Below the pieces are notes generated by a model. The model had not been told where the DNA came from. It saw only the letters and a program-made list of their open reading frames with translations, and ran no database searches. Positions 37,550 to 49,689 of a DNA stretch of 64,000 nucleotides are shown piece after piece; within the stretch, counting starts at the first letter, position 1; the number at the start of each line of letters is the position of its first letter. This stretch comes from Macrostomum lignano. Lineage: Eukaryota. The translations under genes and the position numbers were made by a program. The DNA lies in assembly GCA_002269645.1 (NCBI GenBank), contig NIVC01000458.1:1-64000 (forward strand), given 5' to 3'.

Positions 37550-38335
37550 ATCAACCAATAAGAAGAGAGAAATCTCGAGCATGCTAATTTTAGAAATCAC
37601 CCAATCGGTTGTGACCCGCGATTGTCAGCTCAAACCCCAGTTGCGATACATCATTCAGTCTGCACTCGGATGAACCAATCAAAGATATCTAAAAAAAACT
37701 CAGCTACTACGCTAACCAATCATGCATGCTCACACTAAACCAATGGAGTAACTTTCTAACCTTCCATGTTTGATAGCAACGATTCCGTGAACTTTTGACA
37801 TTTAAGACAATGAACTCAATGACATCATGTGGGGTCTGATTGCCTATAAATACAAGTGGTCCGGAGCGGACCGGAGCTCAAGATTTTTGCCTTCCAGAAG
37901 GAAGAAGAGCTCCGAGAGGAAGCCTCCAAAGGTCTTCCTTCCGACCAAGTAAATCGAGACTCGGTCGAGTTCTTGCGGTAAGCCTTACTCATTTGTGCCA
38001 GGTGTTTGAGTCTGTTCAAACAGACTCCGTTGGTTGTAGTCTCCAGAAGGACTACTCTGATAGATCTTAGAGGACTATCAGCGAATACCGGAGCTATACC
38101 TAGGTTGAATTAAGACACCGCTAGAAGGAGAAGGCTTATTTGAAACTGCATTAAGGCGCAGGGATCCCCATCGATAACACGAAGCTTCTGATTGGTCCAA
38201 ACGACAGATACCGGCCGGAAACGACTTCAGTGGAAGTAAAGGAACGTGGACCTGGTTTACGAAACATAGACGTCTAACGAGTCAAGAAGTCCGAGAACTA
38301 CAAGGAGATCTCTCAAACCGGAGTCAAGGTAAGCA
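37550..38335 (+). promoter_or_regulatory. LTR-like or promoter-like module: five CCAAT boxes, TATA box, downstream splice donor
   Basis: CCAAT at 37555, 37601, 37675, 37716 and 37740. TATAAATA at 37845. AAG|GTAAGC donor at 38329. Antisense to the METTL7 copies. Confidence 0.4.
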
Positions 38336-38647
38336 GTACCTTCATTTGATAACTGGGTTGCCTAGCAAAGTAGCTAGAAGTGATTGTTCCTTGATTACTG
38401 AGAAAGTCTTGGTAGTAAGGAACACATCAGTGTAAAAAGTCAAGCAAAGTTAAAAAGACAACAAAAATTACCTAGTTAAATCTTCTAGAAAACTGATTAA
38501 GAAATTGGAACAATTCTTTTTTACTTTTTGTATTTCTAGTTGTTACAACAAATTACGAGCGTAGTACAAAATAAGACAGAATAAAATCAACAGTCAGTAA
38601 GATTCCCATACAGCTACGAGCGCTCGTAACTTGAGTCAGTTTCCTGC

Positions 38648-39770
38648 TCACTTCGTTGCACAGCCGTCCACCATGCGACGCAGCAGCGTCGTTTTCAGAG
38701 CGCCATCGAATTCGCTAATCTCACATTTGGAGAATCCAGCTTTAGTCACGTGACGCTGTGGCAGCCGGAAGTGACAGCCATGGCCAAAAAAGTACCAAAG
38801 CGGAGTGACAGCGTACTGCACTGCTCGGACCAGGGGCCGGTCCGACAGAGTGTGGTCCATGAACAGAAACAGTCCACCAGGCCGGAGCACCCGTCTGACC
38901 TCCTTGAGCATCCGGTCCAGATCCCACACGGTGCACATGGTCAGCGTGCAGAACACGGCGTCGAAGGATTCGTCTGGGAAGCAGGACATGTCTTCGGCGA
39001 AGCCGGTTACACAGGCGGCGAGGGTGATGCCGGCCTCTTTGGAAGCCGCTCGAGTGAAAATGCCGCGCGCCTCCGACAGCGGGTCGAGCGCAGTGAGCCT
39101 GGCGCCAGATGGCAGGTATTTGAAGTTCACGCCAGTGCCTGAGCCCAGCTCCAGGATCTGGAAGGCAGAGGGTTTAATTCGCCTTGACCAAACTAATTCA
39201 CAACTCCGCTTTTGATCTTTGATCTTTTGATCACATTTGTTAAGCAATTTAATGCAGCTTTAACCCAATCCCAGAGCCAGTTATCTACTGATAGCCAACC
39301 CCGTCGATGAAGCTACTCCCTTATCAATGAAGCTGCTCCCTCATCAATGAAGCCACTCCCTTATCAATGAAGCTACTCCCTCATCAATGAAGCTACTCCC
39401 TCATCAATGAAGCTACTCTCTCATCAATGAAGCCACTCCCTCATCAATGAAGCTACTCCCTCATCAATGAAGCTACTCCCTCATCAATGAAGCACCTCCT
39501 ACACAATAACCAACGGTCATTAAACGTCAGACTCACTTCCATCGGTCTGCCGAGCTCTTCTGCCCTGTCTAACAGCCGCTGAAAGAGCAACCGTTTGCGC
39601 TTGTAGAGAGCCCGATCCGCTTTGCCGCAAAGTATGGTAAGCATCAGCACCTGGCCCCACAGGTAAAGCTTCCGGCCAACTAGAAGAGCTGCGGCTCCGG
39701 AGCTGGCGAGCAAAGCGACTCGAACCAGCGGCTGCTGAGGCAGCAGGGACTTCAATAACTGCGGCAGCAT
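38648..39770 (-). CDS. METTL7: METTL7-like (TMT1) SAM-dependent methyltransferase, copy B, 247 aa, intact
   Basis: Exon 39770-39537 (hydrophobic N-terminal anchor, GAA|gtgagt) plus exon 39157-38648 (ccag|ILELGSGTGVNF...). Length and motifs match the METTL7A/B family. Confidence 0.88.
39300..39495. repeat. 20-bp minisatellite (ATCAATGAAGCTACTCCCTC)
   Basis: About 10 copies in the METTL7-B intron. Confidence 0.9.
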
Positions 39771-40921
39771 TGATTAACGATTGAAATCCTTCAACTGAGC
39801 GAGACAATCTGGAAAAAATGTTTTCAATAAAAAGTATAAAGTTGTATTTTTCATAAGCACCAAAGAAAAATTATCAAGAAGTAGAGCCTTTAGGAAAAAA
39901 TATTTTATTGTTCTGTTTTGAGAACCAGCATAAAGACATAGAATCACGCGGCCATCACGTGGGCATTTCTAGAACTTTGTCTCCCTATGTACATGCTGCG
40001 GAGTGCGTATACTAGTCTTACCCCTCTGCCCCCATTTCTGCCCCGCTGCGCTTCCTATCTATCTTTTGATGTACATTGATTAATTATTGATTTTCCCTTC
40101 CATCTTTCTACCTCCCCGTCTTATCTATTTGGAATTCAATCATTAATCAATTAATCAGTATATATAGGCTCTGCACTACTTCAGACTGTTGGTTGGTGAT
40201 CACCAAAGCCAGGGAATCAGAGAAAAAACTGGCTATAGAGCTTTTCAATTGGGATTAAAAAATGAATGCGTGGCAATCCAGTATTATTAATTAGTCTTAA
40301 TCTTAAACCTAATTAGTTATTTTTAGTTCTTGATTCAATTTTACATTTTGCACCAATTTTTTAATGATTATCTTTCGTCTCTGTAATGATATGTTGCACC
40401 TGTATAATACTGAATAATCAATATTAGTATATGAAGTTATAATTCAAATCCAAGGATTAGCCTCATTACTTGTCATTAACTTAGACCTCCCCTAAAACAC
40501 AATCTAAAATGGAAATGCAAATGAAGGTCCAAGAAAAAGCTATAGTTTATGCATATTTAAATCGCAGGAAACACGGTACATATTGCATGGACAATACATT
40601 TGTCTTCAGTTATATTGTATATTTTTATGACTCGACTGTAGCTCTGTATAGGCATGCATAGAGAATGTAATTTATTAAATTTGATATTATAAGCAGGAAT
40701 ATTCAATCTGATTATAAGACAAATATACGGGTTAATTTGTACTGTAGCTCATGTAAATTCTGCGTTATTATGATATAGTGCAAAGCAGCATTAAACATGT
40801 GTACATGCAGACGGAAATGTTGAAGGTCAAATATATTACGGTAGCAATTAATAATAGAGACCCGAGCACAAAATTCGGCAACATACTCGTAAAATTAGAA
40901 AGTACAAAGTCTACTTTTTAA

Positions 40922-41727
40922 CAGTAGGAATACCAAGCCATTTTTCCGCCCGTCGAACTACCAAGAGGGGGGGGGAAATTCCCCCCCCCCTGACAATTTT
41001 TTTTGCTGCGCCGGAACGGAGCAACGCAGGCACACGAAATTCAAGAACACGGGCTAACTTTTTGTTGCGCACCTTCTCAAACAAGAATCAAGTCGCCAAC
41101 CCTCCGGACCGTCGAGATATTCGATGATTCTGCCAGAAGGTCGGATTTTTCCCATAAACGCCAGTGTATTCAGTACACCCCTGTGCGCCAATCAGCACTA
41201 CACCTCAGTGAAGCTTTGTCAAGTCTCCAAATTTCATCAGCACGTCGACCAAATGTGTCTGCATCAGCTCTGACTTCGTTTGTTACTGGCCTTCACCGAG
41301 ACGGAGCTTCTAGACCTTCAACAGGTGGCACCAGGTGACTATGAACACCTTGATGCGAATTTCTCGAGTTTCACCAATCAAGCCTCGACAGTGGGCAAGC
41401 CTCAACTGCTGGACATCCTCAGCTAGTCTCTCAAGCATTCCGTCATCATCCCGACGCCGTCAGCTCCTTCAACAGATTACACCAGGTGACTATGAACACC
41501 TTGATGCGAATTTCTCTAGTTTCGCCGATCAAGCCTCGACAGTAGGCAAGCCTCAACTGCCGGACACCTTCAGCTAGTCTCCTAAGCATTTAGCCATCAC
41601 CCCGACGCCGTCGGCACCTTCAACAGGTGGCACCAGGGGAGTAAGGACACCTGAGCGTGATTTTTCATCAGCAGCAAAAAAATTGTCGGGGGGGGGAATT
41701 CCCCCCCCCCTCTTGGTAGTTCTACTG
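40922..41727. mobile_element. Non-autonomous TIR element with TTAA target, 806 bp
   Basis: TTAA|CAGTAG ... CTACTG|TTAA ends. An inverted block of about 55 bp, GAACTACCAAGAG-G9-AATT-C10-GACAATTTTTTTTGCTGC, sits near both ends. An internal tandem repeat of about 150 bp spans 41315-41635. Confidence 0.72.
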
Positions 41728-42491
41728 TTAAACAGTAGTTGGTACTTGGTGGGACTTGGATTTCATTACTTGTTGCAACTTTCTTAGTCATTGCTTCGGT
41801 TACTCTGCACTCGTCTCTGTTTTCTCTCCCTCTCGGCCCAGTTCAATCTTGTTATTCTTATCTCTCTCTGCCTTCTGATTGGCTCTTAAATCTCGCCTCT
41901 TTCCTTAGTCGCGCACTCCACCCCTCGTCTTATCTGGCTGGCACTCAACCCCCTCCCAGTCTATTGACATAAATATACCCGTTTGGGCCATAAGCTCCAC
42001 TTACTCGTGCTTCTGTTTGTCTGTTTAGTATTCAACTCAAATTAAGCCGTACTCCCATTTTCCTTTACATTACTGACTGAATAAACAGATTATCACAGAT
42101 GAGCAAATTAAAAATAATCCCGATTGAAATACAGCTAATCCACATAGAGTCAATTTGAGGCGTTTTACTGTCTGTGACTCCTATTTAATCTACTCGAGCA
42201 ATAGAAAGTTATAAAACGCTAACACGACTCTTGGGCGAGTTTTTTGCGACTATGTTTCGATTCTGCAATTCACGTGATGCGCTCGTGACTCAACACTCGC
42301 CTCTCCGTCGCATTGCAGCCGTTTTGAGTTGTTAAAAAGTCAAAAAAAGAGTCGCTAGAGTCACTATTGATTTTTTCGTATGATTCTTCTTTCGCGATTC
42401 TTGTCAAGGTAGCGTTTTTAATGGGATCCCCTCACTATACTAGAGTTAATCCTAAATTATATCGCACAAACCATACATACTATCCCGTGTA

Positions 42492-43057
42492 TCACAGAGC
42501 CCTCAACTGTCCTAACGCGGTCTGGCCAAACCGGCCAGCAAACTCGGCCACATATCGCTGGCAATGATCCGCAGGCTGGAAGGCGGCGCTGCCCCTCAGT
42601 CGGGCATTGCGCTGTTCCAGCGCCCGGAACACCGAGTAGAACTGGCGCCAGTCGCCGCTCTCGAACGCCACCTCCAGCAGTTTGTGCGCAGCAACTGAGT
42701 CGAATTTGCCCACCGAGCGTAGAAACTTCACCGCTGACAGAACCCGACCCTGGGACAGCAGCACCTCCAGAATCTCTTCGTTAGCCGAGCCGAGACGCTT
42801 CATCATGTCCAGAGCCAGCTGGTGAGCCGGCGGGTACAAGCTCTGCAGGGACAGCAGCAGACAGGCTATTGGCTTGCTGTCCGAGATCACGTGATACTGG
42901 ATCAGCTGGTGCAGCTCGCCGAATCGACCGGTAGTGACTAGAGCCCGGACTAGGGTTTCGAATAGAAAGTGCTGCACTGGTACGTTGCGATCGTTTAGGG
43001 CCCGAACAAATTCTAGTATCACGAATACCTGAGGGGAGTCGTTTGGTTGGTTGGTTG

Positions 43058-43097
<40 letters not shown>

Positions 43098-43099
43098 GC

Positions 43100-43145
<46 letters not shown>

Positions 43146-43167
43146 GCTAGTTAGTTAGTTAGTTCGC

Positions 43168-43206
<39 letters not shown>

Positions 43207-43207
43207 C

Positions 43208-43273
<66 letters not shown>

Positions 43274-43295
43274 GCTAGTTAGTTAGTTAGTTCGC

Positions 43296-43334
<39 letters not shown>

Positions 43335-43335
43335 C

Positions 43336-43370
<35 letters not shown>

Positions 43371-43396
43371 CTAGTTAGTTAGTTAGTTAGTTAGTC

Positions 43397-43443
<47 letters not shown>

Positions 43444-46400
43444 CAGTCAGTCAGTCAGTCAGTCAGTCAGTCAGTCAGTCAGTCAGTCAGTCAGTCAGTC
43501 AGTCAGTCAGTCAGTCAGTCAGTCAGTCAGTCAGTCAGTCAGTCAGTCAGTCAGTCAGTCAGTCAGTCAGTCAGTTCCGAGAGCACACCTGAGCCTTATA
43601 CTCGGCCTCGGTGGCGGGGCCTTCAGCCAGCAGGTGAACATACAAATCCGACTGAGTCAGCGGATCTGGAGCTCTAGCCGGCAGGCTAAGCAGCTGCTGC
43701 TGCTGCTGACTGAAGCTGGCCATGCCAGACAGTGACGAATAAGCCGACGGCGATTCGTTGGCAGCAAAGTCGAACGGAGACGGCGGTGGAGGCGGCGGCA
43801 GCGACGGCAGCGGACCCGGCTGGGGAGACTCCTGAGCTGCCAGGAGGTCCAGCGCGTAGGCCAGCACCGGAAGGCAGGTGGTAGCGGAAGCAGCGGCGAT
43901 GGCATCGGCGGCAGCGGGCGGTTCCGCAGACGTGAGCAGCAGCATCAATCGACGCAGAGCGTTGGCCGTGTCAATTTTAGCATTGGCCCGCAGGTGAAGG
44001 CAGTGCAGGCAGCGGCCCGGATCCATTGGGAACATCAGGGCGGAGAGGCGGTCGGGTCGGATTCGAATTCGCCAGAGCAGGCCGGCTTGGGCGTCCACGA
44101 TCACGTCTGGCAGGAAGAAGATCCACGATTGGCTGTACAGCTGAGTTGCGGCTGCATCTTGCGGCTGCTGCTGCTGTTGAGAGCCCTGCAGAATTCAGAG
44201 CAGAAAATTTCTGATTTGGTGGTTGGGTGCCTAAGTATTTACTAACGATCAGGTGGTTGGGTGTCTAATGATCAGGTGGTTTGATGTCTAATGATCAGGT
44301 GGTTGGATGCCAAATGATCAGGTGATTGGATGTCTAATTATTTACTAACGATCAGGTGGTACGATGTCTAATGATCAGATGGTACGATGTCTAATGATCA
44401 GGTGGTTTGATGTCTAATGATCAGGTGGTTGGATGCCAAATGATCAGGTGATTGGATGTCTAATGATCAGGTGGTACGATGTCTAATGATCAGGTGGTAC
44501 GATGTCTAATGATCAGGTGATTGGATGTCCAATTATTTACTAACGATCAGGTGGTGCGATGTCTAATGATCAGATGGTACGATGTCTAATGATCAGGTGG
44601 TTTGATGTCTAATGATCAGGTGGTTGGATGCCAAATGATCAGGTGATTGGATGTCTAATGATCAGGTGGTACGATGTCTAATGATCAGGTGATTGGATGT
44701 CTAATTATTTACTAACGATCAGGTGGTGCGATGTCTAATGATCAGGTGGTTTGATGTCTAATGATCAGGTGGTACGATGTCTAATGATCAGGTGGTTTGA
44801 TGTCTAATGATCAGGTGGTACGATGTCTAATGATCAGGTGGTTTGATGTCTAATGATCAGGTGGTTTGATGTCTAATGATCAGGTGGTTGGATGTCTAAT
44901 GATCAGGTGGTTGGATGTCTAATGATCAGGTGGTACGATGTCTAATGATCAGGTGGTTTGATGTCTAATGATCAGGTGGTACGATGTCTAATGATCAGGT
45001 GGTTTGATGTCTAATGATCAGGTGGTTGGATGCCAAATGATCAGGTGATTGGATGTTTAATGATCAGGTGATTGGATGCCTAATGATCAGGTGGTTGGAT
45101 GTCTAATGATCAGGTGGTTGGGTGTCTAATGATCAGGTGGTTGGATGTCTAATGATCAGGTGGTTGGATGCCTAATGATCAGGTGGTTGGGTGTCTAATG
45201 ATCAGGTGGTTGGATGCCTAATGATCAGGTGGTTGGATGCCTAATGATCAGGTGGTTGGATGTCTAATGATCATGTGGTTGGATGTCTAATGATCAGGTG
45301 GTTGGATGTCTAATGATCAGGTGGTTGGATGTCTAATGATCAGGTGGTTGGATGTCTAATGATCAGGTGGTTGGATGTCTAATGATCAGGTGGTTGGATG
45401 TCTAATGATCAGGTGGTTGGATGTCTAATGATCAGGTGGTTGGATGCCAAATGATCAGGTGGTTGGATGTCTAATGATCAGGTGGTTGGATGTCTAATGA
45501 TCAGGTGGTTCGATGCCAAATGATCATGTGGTTGGATGTCTAATGATCAGGTGGTTGGATGTCTAATAATCAGGTGGTTGGATGCCAAATGATCATGTGG
45601 TTGGATGTCTAATGATCAGGTGGTTGGATGTCTAATGATCATGTGGTTTGATGTCTAATGATCAGGTGGTTGGATGTCTAATGATCAGGTGGTTGGATGT
45701 CTAATGATCAGGTGGTTGGATGTAATGATAATGTGGTTGGATGTCTAATGATCAGGTGGTTGGATGTCTAATGATCAGGTGGTTGGATGTAATGATCATG
45801 TGGTTGGATGTCTAATGATCAGGTGGTTGGATGTAATGATCATGTGGTTGGATGCCTAATGATCAGGTGGTTGGATGTCTAATGATCAGGTGGTTGGATG
45901 TCTAATGATCAGGTGGTTGGATGTCTAATGATCAGGTGGTTGGATGTCTAATGATCAGGTGGTTGGATGTCTAATGATCATGTGGTTGGATGTCTAATGA
46001 TCAGGTGGTTGGATGTCTAATGATCAGGTGGTTGGATGTCTAATGATCAGGTGGTTGGATGTAATGATCATGTGGTTGGATGCCTAATGATCAGGTGGTT
46101 GGATGTCTAATGATCAGGTGGTTGGATGTCTAATGATCAGGTGGTTGGATGTCTAATGATCATGTGGTTGGATGCCTAATGATCAGGTGGTTGGATGTCT
46201 AATGATCAGGTGGTTGGATGTCTAATGATCAGGTGGTTGGATGTCTAATGATCAGGTGGTTGGATGTCTAATGATCATGTGGTTGGATGCCTAATGATCA
46301 GGTGGTTGGATGTCTAATGATCAGGTGGTTGGATGTCTAATGATCAGGTGGTTGGATGTCTAATGATCAGGTGGTTGGATGTCTAATGATCAGGTGGTTG

Positions 46401-46928
46401 GATGTCTAATGATCAGGTGGTTGGATGTAATGATCATGTGGTTGGATGTCTAATGATCAGGTGGTTGGATGTCTAATGATCACCAGGAAAGTGCATGCCT
46501 AATGATCAGCTTGCATAATAATCTCGACTAATTAATGCATGCGAGGTTGATCAAATGAATGTTTAAAGCAAAGAAGTTTAATCCAATCAAATAAGTAGTA
46601 TACAAGGCATCATAAAGCCAAGAAAGTAGTTGGCCATTCTGACCGCGCGAGGAAGCTGCTTTTGCTGTTGCCGCTGCGGTTGAGACCAAGCTAGCGGCAT
46701 TGCTTCAACAGTCACTGGCTGGTGGTAGCGCAAGTAGCCGTCAGTCTCCGCTGGCAGAGCGATGTCAAATGCGAAACTCCGCTGCAATCGCTGATGATGC
46801 ACCAGCACCAGATTGTCCACAATGCTAACGGCTAGGCGGCCGCCCTGCTGCAGCACCAGCAGGTCCGACTTGCGCGGATTGCCGGCCGAATCGCTGGACG
46901 GCTGCGGTGGGGAGAAAAAGCGGGAAAT

Positions 46929-46972
<44 letters not shown>

Positions 46973-46975
46973 CTA

Positions 46976-47012
<37 letters not shown>

Positions 47013-47025
47013 CTAAGACAGACAG

Positions 47026-47064
<39 letters not shown>

Positions 47065-47247
47065 GCCAGACAGACAGACAGAAAGACATACAGACAGACA
47101 GACAGACAGCCAGACAGACAGACAGAAAGACAGACAGACAGACAGACAGACAGCCAGACAGACAGACAGACACCAAGACTGACAGACAGACACCAAGACT
47201 GACAGACAGACAGACAGACACCAAGACTGACAGACAGACACACAGAC

Positions 47248-47302
<55 letters not shown>

Positions 47303-48922
47303 TACCAAGACTGACAGACAGACACAAAGACTGACAGACAGACAGACACCAAGACTGACAGACAGACAGACACCAAGACTGACAGACAGACAGACACACA
47401 GACACAACCCACCTGCTGGTAGAGTGCAATCTCGGTGGCGGAGCCGCCACCCGGTTTCACATAGTGCTTGAGCACCCCCAGGTACAGCTGGCCGTACAGC
47501 TCGGCCAGGAAGACGTCCCGTTCGCGCAGCGGCTGCCGACCGCCGATGCCGACGCTGCCGCCGCCGGCCACATTGGACGAAGCCAACGACGACGAAGGCG
47601 CGTGCGGCAGGTCAACCTCGAAGCGGGGCGTCTTAACTAAACTGGACTGGCCGATTTTGAACATGCTGAACTGGTTGGAGAGCGGGCCGCTGCTCAGGGC
47701 TGCTGTGCCGGCCGCGTGGTGCCACGCGTACCAATTGCACTGCTGGGCGGCGCTCTTCACCAGACGGAGCGATCTGGTGGGAGAAATGGGATAGGCCGAT
47801 TGATTGATTGGGGATCTAGTCCCGATTGATTAGGTATCTAGTCCTGATTGATTAGGGGTCTAGTCCCGATTGATTAGGTATCTAGTCCTGATTGATTAGG
47901 GGTCTAGTCCCGATTGATTAGGTATCTAGTCCTGATTGATTAGGGGTCTATTCCCGATTGATTAGGTATCTATCCCGATTGATTAAAGATCTAGTCCCGA
48001 TTGATTAGGTATCTAGTCCTGATTGATTAGGGGTCTATTCCCGATTGATTAGGTATCTATCCCGATTGATTAAAGATCTAGTCCCGATTGATTAGGGATC
48101 TAGTCCCGATTGATTAGGGATCTAGTCCCGATTGATTAGGGATCTAGTCCTGATTGATTAGGTATCTAGTCCCGATTGATTAGGTATCTAGTCCCGATTG
48201 ATTAGGTATCTAGTCCCGATTGATTAGGGATCTAGTCCCGATTGATTAGGGATCTAGTCCTGATTGATTAGGGGTCTAGTCCTGATAGATTAGGGATCTA
48301 GTCCTGATAGATTAGGGATCTAGTCCCGATTGATTAGGGATCTAGTCCTGATAGATTAGGGATCTAGTCCCGATTGATTATGGGTCTAGTCCCGATTGAT
48401 TAGGGATCTAGGGATCTAGTCCTGATTGATATCATAACACGCTTTATCTCACCTTTTCTCAGGCGTCACGCTGAACAGTTCTAGCCCGCAGTCGGTAACG
48501 TAGAGCACCTCATGATTGGCGGCTTGAGTCCATTGGAATCCCAGTATCTGGGCGGCCTTGGTCTTGCAGGTCTGCGAGTACTCCACAGTGTCAGCCGCCC
48601 CTCCGGCTGTCGCGAAGTTGACAAATTCCACAGCCGTTGACGACCGCTGCACCGCCAGAATCCGACAGTCGGCCGAGAATTTCATAGATTTCACTTCGCC
48701 GCAATCCTTCAATCGGAAACTAAACGCTTTTGTAGAATCCGACAGTGAAGAAGATTGACAAGGTTGAACTCGGACTAATAAACTATTTGAGTCGGCCTTC
48801 TCTACGGTGAACAGGTGACTCTGCACAGCGTCATAGAATACGTTTGTCTGCTCGGAGACCGGCTGGAACCGGATTGGGTTGTCATCTAACTGGGCATAGC
48901 TGTCAGATGATGATGACTGCAT
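42492..48922 (-). CDS. RMC1: Regulator of MON1-CCZ1 complex (C18orf8/MIC1), 5 exons, 740 aa
   Basis: Exons 48922-48453, 47773-47413, 46901-46644, 44185-43589, 43028-42492, with phases consistent (2223 nt). Motifs [81 protein letters not shown] match recalled RMC1. Confidence 0.93.
43045..43575. repeat. Compound microsatellite (TTAG)n-(TCAG)n filling RMC1 intron 4
   Basis: Read directly from the sequence. The sense strand is (CTGA)n then (CTAA)n. Confidence 0.95.
44225..46485. repeat. 23-bp minisatellite (TGATCAGGTGGTTGGATGTCTAA), about 95 copies, RMC1 intron 3
   Basis: Fills more than 90% of the intron. Confidence 0.95.
46930..47405. repeat. (AGAC)n microsatellite, RMC1 intron 2
   Basis: Read directly from the sequence. 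Confidence 0.95.
47795..48430. repeat. 22-bp minisatellite (GATTGATTAGGGATCTAGTCCC), RMC1 intron 1
   Basis: Read directly from the sequence. Confidence 0.93.
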
Positions 48923-49019
48923 GCTGGGCTGTTCTGGAGACACGCATGCAATATGATTTATTGTAGATGAAGATCACCATTGGGTAGAAATAAACGCAAG
49001 GAAGCCCTTTTTATAGAGG

Positions 49020-49360
49020 GATTAGTTAAGATCTTGGGATCTAGATGGTTTAAGGATATATAGGGGATTATAATACTGGAGATAGGGATCTGGATAGGGG
49101 ATTATAATATTGGAGATGGGGATCTATATAGGGGATTATAATATTGGAGATGGGGATCTATATAGGGGATTATAATATTGGAGATGTGGATCTGGATTGA
49201 GGATTAAAATATTGGAGATGGGGATCTGGATTGGGGATTAGAATCTTGGAGATGGGGATCTGGATTGGAGATTATAATATTGGTAATTGGAGATAGGGAT
49301 CTGGATTGGGGATTAGAATCTTGGAGTGGGGATCTGGATAGGGGATTATAATATTGGATA
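49020..49360. repeat. About 32-bp degenerate minisatellite (GGGGATTATAATATTGGAGATGGGGATCTGGAT) upstream of RMC1
   Basis: About 10 degenerate copies. Confidence 0.8.
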
Positions 49361-49689
49361 ACATAATATCTCAATTTGATATTTCATTTTAAACCATTGT
49401 ATACTTAATAATAGAAGTTTATCATTGAAACATAAATAACTAAGTGACGTGTTTATCAGTGAAAGCTAAAACAACAATTAAGATTATTGAGTACTAATCT
49501 ATCACCTAGTCAAAGTTTGGTAATGTACCAAATACAATATTGCACACTTATAATATGTCCTATATAATAGTTTGTTTGTTCTTAAGTTCTCTATAAAAAC
49601 ATTAATTCAGTGCCTTTAAAAGCCAACTGTGAGGACCAAAACTCATATGACATATTATTAGTAACTATTAGTTCACTATTAGTTTACTA

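Noticed and set aside
44225-46485. CRISPR-like appearance of the 23-bp and other regular arrays
   Set aside because: There are no unique spacers, the units are contiguous, there are no cas genes, and the context is a eukaryotic intron.
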